NCBI GenBank assembly: GCA_016840085.1
Contig: JAEOTA010000018.1
Coordinates: 96,001 to 160,000, forward strand
Length of the DNA: 64,000 nt
From: Promethearchaeota archaeon
GTDB taxonomy: Archaea; Asgardarchaeota; Lokiarchaeia; Sigyniarchaeales; SOKP01
Direction of reading: 5' to 3'
Positions 19,766 through 29,288 of the stretch are shown here, in pieces (the stretch's first letter is position 1; each line of letters opens with the position of its first letter). The notes beneath the pieces were generated by a model. It made no database searches. It worked only from the letters and a program-made list of their open reading frames with translations, and was not told the DNA's origin. The translations under genes and the position numbers were made by a program.

Positions 19766-21031
19766 ATGAATAAAGAAATAAAGGAAGCGTATGATCTAGC
19801 TTCTAAAAAGTATGAAAATCTTGGAATTAATACAGAAAAAATATTGGAACACCTAAAGGAAATTCCAATCTCAATTCATGCTTGGCAGGGTGATGATGTT
19901 GGAGGTTTTGAAAGACCTAATGCAGAACTAACCGGAGGAGGAATTATAGCTACAGGAAATTATTTCGGAAAAGCAAGAAATATACAAGAACTTAAGTTAG
20001 ACTTAGAAAAAGCACTTTCTTTAATTCCAGGGAATCATCGCATAAACTTACATTCTTTTCATGGTGATTTTGGAGGAAAATTTGTTGATCGTAATCAATA
20101 TAAGATTGAGTATTTTCACTCTTGGATTGACTGGGCTGATGAAAAAGAAGTAAAATTAGATCTTAATAGTACTCTCTTTTCGCATCCGAAAGCCGATGAT
20201 GGATTTACTTTGAGTAGTAAAGTAAAAGAAATTCGTCAATTCTGGATGGAACATGTTTGTAGATGTCGAGAAATAAGTGCTGAAATTGGAAGACAATTAA
20301 AAAGCCCTTGTATTCATAATATCTGGATACCTGACGGTTTAAAAGACATCCCTATCGATAGAAAGGGATATAGAGAATTATTAAAAGACTCTTTAGATGA
20401 GATTCTAAGAGATAAATATCCTTCTTCTATAATGAAAGATTCTCTTGAGGGCAAGCTTTTTGGCATTGGTAGTGAAGCGTTTGTAGTTGGAAGCAATGAA
20501 TTCTATTTATGTTATGCTATCGCCAACCAAAAAATGTTAACTCTTGATACGGGACATTTTCATCCCACTGAATCTGTAGGAGATAAAATATCTGCAATTC
20601 TCCCATTTATCCCAGAATTAATGCTTCATATAAGCCGTGGTGTAAGATGGGACAGCGATCATGTTGTAATTTTGAGTGATGATCTAATTCAACTAGCTGA
20701 AGAAATAGTAAAAAGTCAGGCTATGGATAAAATACATATAGCATTAGATTATTTTGACGCATCAATTAATCGTATTAGTGCCTGGGTGATCGGCACACGA
20801 GCAGTTCAAAAAAGCCTATTATATGCTCTGCTTCAACCATGGGATATGTTAAGAGAGTATGAAGAGAATGGACAATATTTTCAAAGACTTGCCTTTTTAG
20901 AAGAATTAAAAACACTTCCATTTGGTGCTGTATGGGACTTTTTTTGTTTAAAAAATGATGTTCCAGTAGGATATTCTTGGATTAAAGAAATCGAGAAATA
21001 TGAAATGACCGTATTACGAGAGAGAAGTTAA
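19766..21031 (+). CDS. rhaA: L-rhamnose isomerase
   Basis: WQGDDVGGFE, LTGGGIIATGNY, NIWIPDG, KLFGIGSE, LDTGHFHPTE, RWDSDHVV, LDYFDASINR. Confidence 0.93.
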   Translation: MNKEIKEAYDLASKKYENLGINTEKILEHLKEIPISIHAWQGDDVGGFERPNAELTGGGIIATGNYFGKARNIQELKLDLEKALSLIPGNHRINLHSFHGDFGGKFVDRNQYKIEYFHSWIDWADEKEVKLDLNSTLFSHPKADDGFTLSSKVKEIRQFWMEHVCRCREISAEIGRQLKSPCIHNIWIPDGLKDIPIDRKGYRELLKDSLDEILRDKYPSSIMKDSLEGKLFGIGSEAFVVGSNEFYLCYAIANQKMLTLDTGHFHPTESVGDKISAILPFIPELMLHISRGVRWDSDHVVILSDDLIQLAEEIVKSQAMDKIHIALDYFDASINRISAWVIGTRAVQKSLLYALLQPWDMLREYEENGQYFQRLAFLEELKTLPFGAVWDFFCLKNDVPVGYSWIKEIEKYEMTVLRERS

Positions 21032-21041
21032 TTATAAGAGA

Positions 21042-21332
21042 TTAACTCTCCTCATCAGAGTCCTCTAAAAAACGAGAACAGGTATCATCCAGTTTTTTAA
21101 TTAAGTGGTCTCGATCTTTCCAAGAAATCCAAGTATTTCCTGATTTTTCAAAATTAAAACCCTCGTATTCTTCATTTATCTTAGCTAAAGTTTTTTTAAT
21201 AAAACTCCAAGAAAAACCTGTGTCTTCCACTATTTTTGCTATAGCAATAGGATGATTAATTTCAAGATGATTATTAAAATAATCGATTATTTTTTCAAAT
21301 CCAGATTTAGGAGATGTATTTGTTTCAGACAT
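21042..21332 (-). CDS. Small putative winged-helix/HTH protein
   Basis: IAIAKIVEDTGFSWSFIKKTL helix-turn-helix-like segment followed by a beta-hairpin-like FNFEKSGNTWISW. Confidence 0.5.
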   Translation of the reverse strand: MSETNTSPKSGFEKIIDYFNNHLEINHPIAIAKIVEDTGFSWSFIKKTLAKINEEYEGFNFEKSGNTWISWKDRDHLIKKLDDTCSRFLEDSDEES

Positions 21333-21416
21333 CTTAATTAGATATTAATAAGTATTCAAATAATTAAATTCCTTGTATTATTAAAAGTAATATAAAAAAA
21401 GTGTTATTAAAGAAGT

Positions 21417-22433
21417 TTATTTCGATTTTTTCCCTTCTTTATGGAAGAAAATAGCGTAGAGCCCAAATAATAATGTACAAATTAAAAATATACCTAATAA
21501 CCAAAGATGAAGGTTTATAATAACTTCAGTAGGAGTAGGAGATCCTGTAATAATTGGTATGATTTTTGTTAATTGAGCATATAATTTCATTATTATAACA
21601 AATAATGCTATTGTATCTGCTCTAAATATTATAAGTTTGCTTTTTAAATATTGTACTTTATCGAATATGGAGCCAACAATAAAGAGAAAAAGGAATAAGT
21701 CGATTAAAAATGAAATCCAAGCATATGATGGAGTAATTGGAAATAATAGTTCGGCAATAGTGTCAATAATTATGAACAGGATATACAGAAAGGTTAATAT
21801 GTAAAATAAAGGGATGAAAGCTGCTAGTTTTTGAACAAATAGCAGTCTTATTAAAACAAAAGCCAATAGAATTAGATCAACAAAAAACATTGTGCGGAAT
21901 ATATTAGCACTTACAGTATCAATAGGGGAGGGCATAGTTTGGAAAAATTTCCAAAAATACCAAAAAGCTAATAATCCAAAAATACCAAAAACTACAAATT
22001 CTAGTGGTCGTGTAATTTTTCTCGATTTTTTTTTATTATACAAATAATCATCAATTTTAGTAGAGGAATCAATGCACAATTTAAAGGCAAAGCCAGCAGT
22101 TAGTATTTGGTTTGATATTAAGAAAAAATTCCTAAAAAACTCCGTTTTCATTATATTTTCGAATACGAAAATTATTGTTAATGATAATAAAAATAAAATA
22201 AGAATTATCACATTACTTAATTTATCAATGGGTCTTAGGAATGAAATTATTAACAATAGAAAAGCAAAAAACCCTAAAACACCAATAAATTGTAAAATAA
22301 AGAAGTTATACCCATAAGCGGGAATATACGCATATCCAATTAATAGCAGAAACCAGGCTGTGATAAATAATATTATTATAATAGCAAAAATGGGTTTTTT
22401 AAATAGATTTTTTAATCCCGCTATAAATGACAT
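21417..22433 (-). CDS. Hypothetical polytopic membrane protein
   Basis: 338 aa with about 10 hydrophobic segments. Confidence 0.7.
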   Translation of the reverse strand: MSFIAGLKNLFKKPIFAIIIILFITAWFLLLIGYAYIPAYGYNFFILQFIGVLGFFAFLLLIISFLRPIDKLSNVIILILFLLSLTIIFVFENIMKTEFFRNFFLISNQILTAGFAFKLCIDSSTKIDDYLYNKKKSRKITRPLEFVVFGIFGLLAFWYFWKFFQTMPSPIDTVSANIFRTMFFVDLILLAFVLIRLLFVQKLAAFIPLFYILTFLYILFIIIDTIAELLFPITPSYAWISFLIDLFLFLFIVGSIFDKVQYLKSKLIIFRADTIALFVIIMKLYAQLTKIIPIITGSPTPTEVIINLHLWLLGIFLICTLLFGLYAIFFHKEGKKSK

Positions 22434-22628
22434 TTTAATAGTCTCTTATTAATGATTTTGAATTTTGTATATTAAATACAATATAAGTTTTTTGATAAAA
22501 TAACATTTTCTCGATAAGAATTGACAAAAAGTTAAAAATACTATAAATTAATCCTTATTACAATTAAATATTTATTTAATTTCCAGTTTATTAATTCTAA
22601 TACATATCTGATTTCAGTTTAATTAATT

Positions 22629-23885
22629 TTGAATGTTTCATCAACACCAGAAGAAATCGAGCAGTATTTTACAGATAATTTAATGAGTAAAGAAGAAGCT
22701 CACTCAATATTTAGCACATTTATTGAAAACTGTGATTCTGATAGAATTAGAGCCAAATTCCTTGAAACATTTACAAAAATGGCTCCTAAAAATGAAAATA
22801 CTTTTAAAATTCTTGAAAATTGTTTAATTTCAGATGAAAGTCCTTTAGTAAGAAGCACTGCTGCTCGCTACATTTTACGTGAGTTCCCCAAATTTAGCTT
22901 AATACCATTACGTTATATGATTCACAATGACAGATCCATTATTGTATTAAAGATCTTTTTAGATCTTTTAGAATACCCAAATAATCAATATTCTTATGAG
23001 TTGAAAAAGGAATTATTTAACAAATTAGCAAAATCATATCAAGTTGTTCTTGAAGAATCAAAATTTATGTTAGAAATAGAAAGTATGATAAATAGAAATT
23101 CGGATATTAATTTTTCTAAACCAATAATAAGCAAAAATCATGTTACAGCTTTAGATTTTGCAGGACAAAAATTAAAAAAGATTCCTGACTCCATTGGTTC
23201 TGTTTCAAAATTACAGTATTTAAATTTATGGGATAATAATTTAACTACACTACCAAAATCAATTGAACTTCTATCAAACCTTAAGTATCTCTTCTTAGAT
23301 TGGAATAGATTCACTAAATTTCCAGATTTAAGATGGGATAAATTAATATCATTAGAAAAAATGAGTATCACAAATAATTTTAAATTGAGGGAATTTCCCA
23401 ACTCGTTATTTTTACTTATTAAACAAAACCTCATTAAAAAATATATTAACGAAGGAGTTCATTCGAATGACGCATTTGTTTTGGGATTATTAGAGATTCT
23501 GACTGGTATGAAATTAAGAAAATTAACAAAAAACAAATTACCTAGATTATATACGTGTAGTTATAAAGTTGATTTAGATGGGCATATCATTGGAATATAT
23601 TTATATGGTTACCACAGTTTTCAAATTAATTTAATACCAATCCAGATATGCAGATTGAAGCACCTTGAAGAACTTATATTACGAGGTCAAAATATTCAAA
23701 TTATTCCAGAATGCATTAAAAGCTTAAAATCATTAAAGCATTTAGATTTATTCCAAAATGATATTAGATTTGTTCCTGATTATCTTAAAGAATTGCATGC
23801 ATTAGAATTATTAGATTTAGGAGAAAATAAAATTAGAGAGATTCCTGAATCATTAACACAATTAAAACTAGAATTTTGGGTATAA
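22629..23885 (+). CDS. HEAT-like repeat plus leucine-rich repeat protein
   Basis: LISDESPLVRSTAA (HEAT-like); LRRs such as LQYLNLWDNNLTTLPKSI, LKHLDLFQNDIRFVP and LELLDLGENKIREIPESL. Confidence 0.85.
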   Translation: MNVSSTPEEIEQYFTDNLMSKEEAHSIFSTFIENCDSDRIRAKFLETFTKMAPKNENTFKILENCLISDESPLVRSTAARYILREFPKFSLIPLRYMIHNDRSIIVLKIFLDLLEYPNNQYSYELKKELFNKLAKSYQVVLEESKFMLEIESMINRNSDINFSKPIISKNHVTALDFAGQKLKKIPDSIGSVSKLQYLNLWDNNLTTLPKSIELLSNLKYLFLDWNRFTKFPDLRWDKLISLEKMSITNNFKLREFPNSLFLLIKQNLIKKYINEGVHSNDAFVLGLLEILTGMKLRKLTKNKLPRLYTCSYKVDLDGHIIGIYLYGYHSFQINLIPIQICRLKHLEELILRGQNIQIIPECIKSLKSLKHLDLFQNDIRFVPDYLKELHALELLDLGENKIREIPESLTQLKLEFWV

Positions 23886-23913
23886 ATTGACTTAAAATAC
23901 TTAAAATTTATTA

Positions 23914-25110
23914 TTATTCTTTCATATTAATAAACGCACCAGATTTCATTAAATTACAAGGTTTTAAATATTCTAAACCTGATCTATGTGCAAAATCATC
24001 TAATAGTTTTGTCCATTCCTTATAATTTCTCTTCCCTGCTCCAAATGGTCCAGGCATATCCATCCCAGCTATCATAGAATCGTCTATTACTTTATAACCA
24101 CTAACAATGCCTTCCTCCAAAAGTTTACAACCTTCATTTAATTGAATTGCATAATATAATTCTAAGTTGAAAAGATTTGCTTTTTCGTCGCTATTAATGA
24201 TGTGTTTACCTTCTTTCCACTCATAAAGTCCTTTTCCTGTCTTTTTTCCTAATTTTTCCTCTTTTAATAAAGTTCTAAGAGTTTTTCCTGGAGTAAATTC
24301 AGGAGATAATTCTTTAGCGAAATAATTATGAGTATCACATACTACATCAATACCGAAATAATCCCATTTTGCAAATGGTCCTATAGCGGGATAAGAGACA
24401 ACGTCATTATCAATAGTTTCTACCGGAATGCCTTTTTCCATAGCCATATCAAGAAGCCAATTTAGATATAAACTAGTACCTATAGTTAATCTATTAACTA
24501 TGAATCCAGGACTCTCTTTTTCAATTTTTGCTATGTATCTTTTACCTTTTAACGCCGGAAATTTCTTACCTAGTGTAATACTAGTATCAAATGTTTCTTG
24601 GGAAGTATGAGCCCCTTTAATAACTTCAATCAATCTAAGAACTACGATAGGGGTAAGAAAATGCATACCAATAACCTTATCTGCTCTTCCAGAAGCCTCT
24701 GCTATCTTTGTTATACTCATGGTTGATGTATTAGTTGCTAGAATAGCATGCTTAGGAGCGAAGTTCCCTAATTTTTTAAAAATCTCTTGTTTGAGATTCA
24801 TATTTTCTGGAACAGATTCGATTACGAAATCAGCATTCTCAACAGTTTTTTCTATATCCCTATTTAAAATGAGATTTTTCATTAGTAACTCTGGAGTAAC
24901 TCCCTCATCAAGAGCACCTTTTGATTTAAGTTTTTTTAAACCATTTTCAATAAAATTTTTTGCTTTAGTAATTGTTTCTATCGATCTACTATATAAAAAA
25001 ACCTTCTCAAAACCCGCCATAAGTGCAACCTGAGCAATTTCGCGTCCCATTGTTCCAGCTCCTACTACTGCGATTTTTTTGATATAACTTATATCAGCCA
25101 TAATATTCAA
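23914..25110 (-). CDS. 3-hydroxyacyl-CoA dehydrogenase
   Basis: VVGAGTMG, VIESVPEN..LK, ATNTST, IGMHF, PGFIVNRL; duplicated C-terminal domain. Confidence 0.92.
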   Translation of the reverse strand: MNIMADISYIKKIAVVGAGTMGREIAQVALMAGFEKVFLYSRSIETITKAKNFIENGLKKLKSKGALDEGVTPELLMKNLILNRDIEKTVENADFVIESVPENMNLKQEIFKKLGNFAPKHAILATNTSTMSITKIAEASGRADKVIGMHFLTPIVVLRLIEVIKGAHTSQETFDTSITLGKKFPALKGKRYIAKIEKESPGFIVNRLTIGTSLYLNWLLDMAMEKGIPVETIDNDVVSYPAIGPFAKWDYFGIDVVCDTHNYFAKELSPEFTPGKTLRTLLKEEKLGKKTGKGLYEWKEGKHIINSDEKANLFNLELYYAIQLNEGCKLLEEGIVSGYKVIDDSMIAGMDMPGPFGAGKRNYKEWTKLLDDFAHRSGLEYLKPCNLMKSGAFINMKE

Positions 25111-25189
25111 CTGTTTTTCTTATCTATATTATTTTTAGAAGTTTGTTATTTAATAAATTAAATATAAATTAAACTTTAAAGTTTTAAAT

Positions 25190-26230
25190 TCATAATATTG
25201 AGAATAAATACCAAGATAATAACATCGTTCCAATACCAAGAAAGATAGAAATAGGCAAACCAGGTAAAATTTTATTACGTTTCAATCCTGTAATCGTTAT
25301 TCCTGTCCCAATAATTATAGCAATTGAAGTTAAAACCATAACGAGTAAATTATTTGTCTGAACTAGTGCACTAGAAGTAAGCATGCTATAAAAAGCCAAA
25401 TCTCCAATTCCAATCTCTAATTTAGAGGTATCATAGGCATATTCACCACTTTTAATTTTTCCTTTTATTTCCTCTCCCGATAATACCTCTTCATCATTTG
25501 ATTGCGACGCAATATCAATTAATTGCTTAATAGGTCCATGTTTATAAAACACAGCAAAAATATCCCAACATGAAATCCCAATTAAGATAGCTAATGTAGT
25601 CCAGAGGGGCATTAACACACCCATGGATGCTCCAATTAATAATCCTATATATAATACGATAAAATTTTTAGTGTTAATTGATTTTGAAGTAAAATACCTA
25701 TAAATCATAACAATAGTGAAAATAGCTGTAAAGAAAATTAATTCAATATCTAATAAATAAAACAAATTAGCATTATTATAAAAAATTAAATACAATATAA
25801 TTTCACCAAAAAACCAAGTTTGGAAAAAGGCTACTAACCCAAAACCCACTCCAAAAATATACATTAAGATGCCTATTCCTTTTCTCTTTATTAAAAAGAT
25901 TATAATAAATGCTGTAAATGCTGCTATAGTTGTATAAATTAAACCGTTTAGAAGTCCACCAACGGCACCAAGTTCACTTTCAGAAAAATATCCACCATCA
26001 ATTTGTACCCCTGCTTCTATATAAGTTAAATAAGCTAAAATACCCGCTATTACCACAACAACTACTATAGGAAAGGGATATAACTTCCTTTTAATTCTAT
26101 AAGTCGGAAAGAAATGAGGAATAAAATCTTTTTGAATAACTTTGTCATCTGATTTATTTTCCTCATAAGAATCTTTAATTCTTTCTGTCTTTAACTCTAT
26201 ATCCTCTGAACTTTCAGAATTCTCTGCCAT
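25190..26230 (-). CDS. Presenilin-like GxGD intramembrane aspartyl protease (A22)
   Basis: About 9 TMs; SCWDIFAVFYKHGPIKQL, LEIGIGDLAFYSML, LPGLPISIFLG. Confidence 0.88.
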   Translation of the reverse strand: MAENSESSEDIELKTERIKDSYEENKSDDKVIQKDFIPHFFPTYRIKRKLYPFPIVVVVVIAGILAYLTYIEAGVQIDGGYFSESELGAVGGLLNGLIYTTIAAFTAFIIIFLIKRKGIGILMYIFGVGFGLVAFFQTWFFGEIILYLIFYNNANLFYLLDIELIFFTAIFTIVMIYRYFTSKSINTKNFIVLYIGLLIGASMGVLMPLWTTLAILIGISCWDIFAVFYKHGPIKQLIDIASQSNDEEVLSGEEIKGKIKSGEYAYDTSKLEIGIGDLAFYSMLTSSALVQTNNLLVMVLTSIAIIIGTGITITGLKRNKILPGLPISIFLGIGTMLLSWYLFSIL

Positions 26231-26379
26231 ACTCTTGAATTTAATTAATAATGTAAATAAATTAATTTATTTTATAATATTATTACTGATTTAAATACCT
26301 AATAATTATGAAATTAAATATTTCATAATAGTTTTATATTTAATGAAATAGAATTAATTCAAATCCAATTATTCTTATA

Positions 26380-27153
26380 ATGAAGAAATTTCGGAAATCT
26401 GAACAAAAATTATCTAAATATATTAAAAAATTATCAAAATTAAGATTTAAAGAAAAAGCAAGAAAGTTTGTTTTTAGGATAGGAATATATCATGCTGCTG
26501 ATTTTGAATTAATTAAAGAAACTCCAAGTCAAAAAATATTTCCTTGTCATGCAGGAGTTTTATATACAGGGGATTTTAGCAATAATCTTTTTGAAAAAAT
26601 TAAGTTGTATTTGGATCAAATTTTTAATTCGTTCTTCTATAGTGTTAGAAATTTAGGGGAATACACCTTTTCTAAAGTGCTTTTTTTTAAAGGTATAAAA
26701 AAAGAATTTAAAGAAAAAAGAAAAAATAATAAAAAATTAAAATTACATCCTACAAATAAATTTTATAAGATTCTCATAGAAAAGAAAAAAGAAGAGGATC
26801 TTGATATGATATGCGTTATTACTGAGCTTCCAATATTTTCAAGTAAAGATGATAAAATTATTTTTTTATTTGGAGAAGCTCAACTACAACATCAGTGTTG
26901 TATAGTATCGACATTAACACTAAAGGAAACGTTCTATAACAGGATTGAAGACCAAAATTTATTTGAACAGAGGATAATTAAAGAAATTACACATGAAATC
27001 GGTCATTTAATTCTTGGTCCGAACCATTGTCAAAATAATTCTTGTGTTATGAGATTTTCCAAAGAGGTTGAAGAAATTGATCAGAAATCCTATAAGTTAT
27101 GTGAAAATTGTAGAAATAACCTAAACGAGATTAGAGAACGATTTAATTTCTAA
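26380..27153 (+). CDS. Archaemetzincin-like Zn metalloprotease (M54)
   Basis: FLFGEA, HEIGHLILGPNHC-QNNS-CVM...CENC. Confidence 0.85.
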   Translation: MKKFRKSEQKLSKYIKKLSKLRFKEKARKFVFRIGIYHAADFELIKETPSQKIFPCHAGVLYTGDFSNNLFEKIKLYLDQIFNSFFYSVRNLGEYTFSKVLFFKGIKKEFKEKRKNNKKLKLHPTNKFYKILIEKKKEEDLDMICVITELPIFSSKDDKIIFLFGEAQLQHQCCIVSTLTLKETFYNRIEDQNLFEQRIIKEITHEIGHLILGPNHCQNNSCVMRFSKEVEEIDQKSYKLCENCRNNLNEIRERFNF

Positions 27154-27171
27154 TAAATCGCAAAACAAAAA

Positions 27172-28422
27172 TTAGAAACTAACAATAGGTAATTTTTGAA
27201 TGAATTCCTTAACCAAATTTACTCTTTCTTTCCTTTCCTTTTTGTAATATCTAAGCGGGTAAAGTTCATTAATCAGAAATTTATATATTTTTATCCAAAT
27301 TTTCGCAATATTACTTATTCTATAATTCTCAGCCATTTTTTGTGCATTATTTCCCATTTCCATTCGAAGATCATCATCTTTAAAAAGTCTTACAGTGTTC
27401 TCTTTAAACTCATCCAAATTATTTGCTAAATAGCCAGTTTTTCCATGTTTAATTACGTCTGAAATGCCACAACTATTTGCACCCACGCATGGAGTGCCTT
27501 GTGCCATGCTTTCTAAAAGAACTAATCCCTCAGCCTCTATCCAAGACCAAAGGCAAGAGAGATCAGCGGTATTATACAATTTTAATAAATCTGTAAAAGG
27601 TACTCTACCCAAATAGGAAACATAATCTCTATACTGCTTCTTTTTAATTAATTTTAGAATATGTGATGTTGATGGGCCATCGCTTCCTACAAGAACTAAA
27701 TGTGAATCTGGTACCTCTTTATGGATTTTCTTGAACGTTTTTATAATGTTTAATTGATGTTTCTCAGGAGAAAGTCTTGAAGCGTAAAGCATAATTTTAT
27801 TACTATCTAAGTCGTACTTATCTCTTATACCATTTTCCTTTATGTCTGTATAATATAAATCTGATATGCCATTGGATAAGCAAATAATGGGTTCTTTGAA
27901 TCTCTGTTTTCTTAATAAATCTTTTTTAGACATAGTTGGAACTGAAACAAGATCATATTTGTCTAAAACATGTCTTTCATATCGCCACACCCAATCCATC
28001 CTCGACAACAATTTCCCTACAATAGGAATATATTGGGAAGTATAGTATGAAAGTGGAGAATTATGAGTACCACACATTGGAATTCCAATATATTTTGCCC
28101 AATTTATCGCCATTGAACCAAAACTGGCATGTGTGTGAATATGGGCGATATCCAGATAATCATGTTGACAGAAGAAGTATTTATGTAACGGTAAACTCAG
28201 AACAAAACCAGTTTTAGGTGAAATTTTTGCTCCAAAAAAATTATGAAGACATAGATTTTTAGGTCCATTTTTTGGTTTTTGAATACCAGGGGCATACACA
28301 TGAACAGTATGGTCAGTATATTTTGCGATTGCTTCGGCTAGGTTTCTACAAGCAATAGCTGTTCCGTTGAGTTGTGAGTACATGCTTGTAAAAAATCCAA
28401 TATCGAGCATTTGTTTTGCCAA
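27172..28422 (-). CDS. Glycosyltransferase family 4
   Basis: NGTA, HIHT, SNG, SRLSPEKH, VGSDGP, EAEGLVLLESMAQGTP. Confidence 0.88.
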   Translation of the reverse strand: MAKQMLDIGFFTSMYSQLNGTAIACRNLAEAIAKYTDHTVHVYAPGIQKPKNGPKNLCLHNFFGAKISPKTGFVLSLPLHKYFFCQHDYLDIAHIHTHASFGSMAINWAKYIGIPMCGTHNSPLSYYTSQYIPIVGKLLSRMDWVWRYERHVLDKYDLVSVPTMSKKDLLRKQRFKEPIICLSNGISDLYYTDIKENGIRDKYDLDSNKIMLYASRLSPEKHQLNIIKTFKKIHKEVPDSHLVLVGSDGPSTSHILKLIKKKQYRDYVSYLGRVPFTDLLKLYNTADLSCLWSWIEAEGLVLLESMAQGTPCVGANSCGISDVIKHGKTGYLANNLDEFKENTVRLFKDDDLRMEMGNNAQKMAENYRISNIAKIWIKIYKFLINELYPLRYYKKERKERVNLVKEFIQKLPIVSF

Positions 28423-28912
28423 GGCGGACGTCCCTAAAAATTTAGTTAAGTATTTGTTATTTTATCTAGATAAGTATTTGAATATTTAATTGATTTAACA
28501 ACAAAAATCAATAATTCCTTTTAAGTTATTTCTTTTAATAAAAAAAAATCAAATTTTTAATAAGAAGTAGAAATCTTAAAACAATGGATTATTACGATGT
28601 TATATGTTATAATTCATTTAATGAAGGATATTCAATTTAAGGTAAAAATTATCTATAGTTATCAATTTATCTCCCATCTTTTTATCATTTTCATTTAATT
28701 ATAAGTAACAGGTAGAAATTGAAGAAAAGTCGTTGAATTTCTTCAAGCGACTTTAATATTGTATTATATGTAAGAATAATAGAATAATGAGTTATTTATG
28801 TTTTTGAAATTCAGCTTTCTTGGAGGTTTCGTTAGATTTACAATTTTTTTGAACCATCAACTTATTAGCTTAATTAATAAAATTTTTTTGATATAAATAA
28901 TATCTCCTATTT

Positions 28913-29089
28913 ATGGACCCAGTAGAAGAAAAAATGATAATTATAGATATTTTGAAAAAGCGAAGATTATCTTATTCGATTGAAATTTTAGATGTGCAAG
29001 GAGATAGATATACTGTTCGTAATAATTTTGGATCAACTATAGTATATATAAAGAAAAATAACGATTATTTCTTAGAATCAGAATTTTAA
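28913..29089 (+). CDS. Small hypothetical protein (58 aa), not in ORF track
   Basis: ATG 28913 to TAA 29089: MDPVEEKMIIIDILKKRRLSYSIEILDVQGDRYTVRNNFGSTIVYIKKNNDYFLESEF; protein-like helix plus beta-strand pattern. Confidence 0.6.
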   Translation: MDPVEEKMIIIDILKKRRLSYSIEILDVQGDRYTVRNNFGSTIVYIKKNNDYFLESEF

Positions 29090-29288
29090 TGAAAAATTAC
29101 TAATTTTTCAGTGTTTTAATAGATATATTAAACGAAATAGAAAAAGAAATTAATTCTTTTAAGATTTTATTTTTTCAAACTAATATAATAAAGGTATTAA
29201 TATTTATTATTAGATAAGAATTTAAGATAAAAATATTATAAATAAATTAACTAATAGTAAAATTATAAAAATAATTAGTTGATTTAAT

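Noticed and set aside
21417-21440. C-terminal KKSK (and basic tails of the 40273 and 41980 proteins) as KKxx ER-retrieval-like signals
   Set aside because: The positive-inside rule and Lys-rich AT-biased composition explain them, and the other two tails do not fit KKxx spacing.
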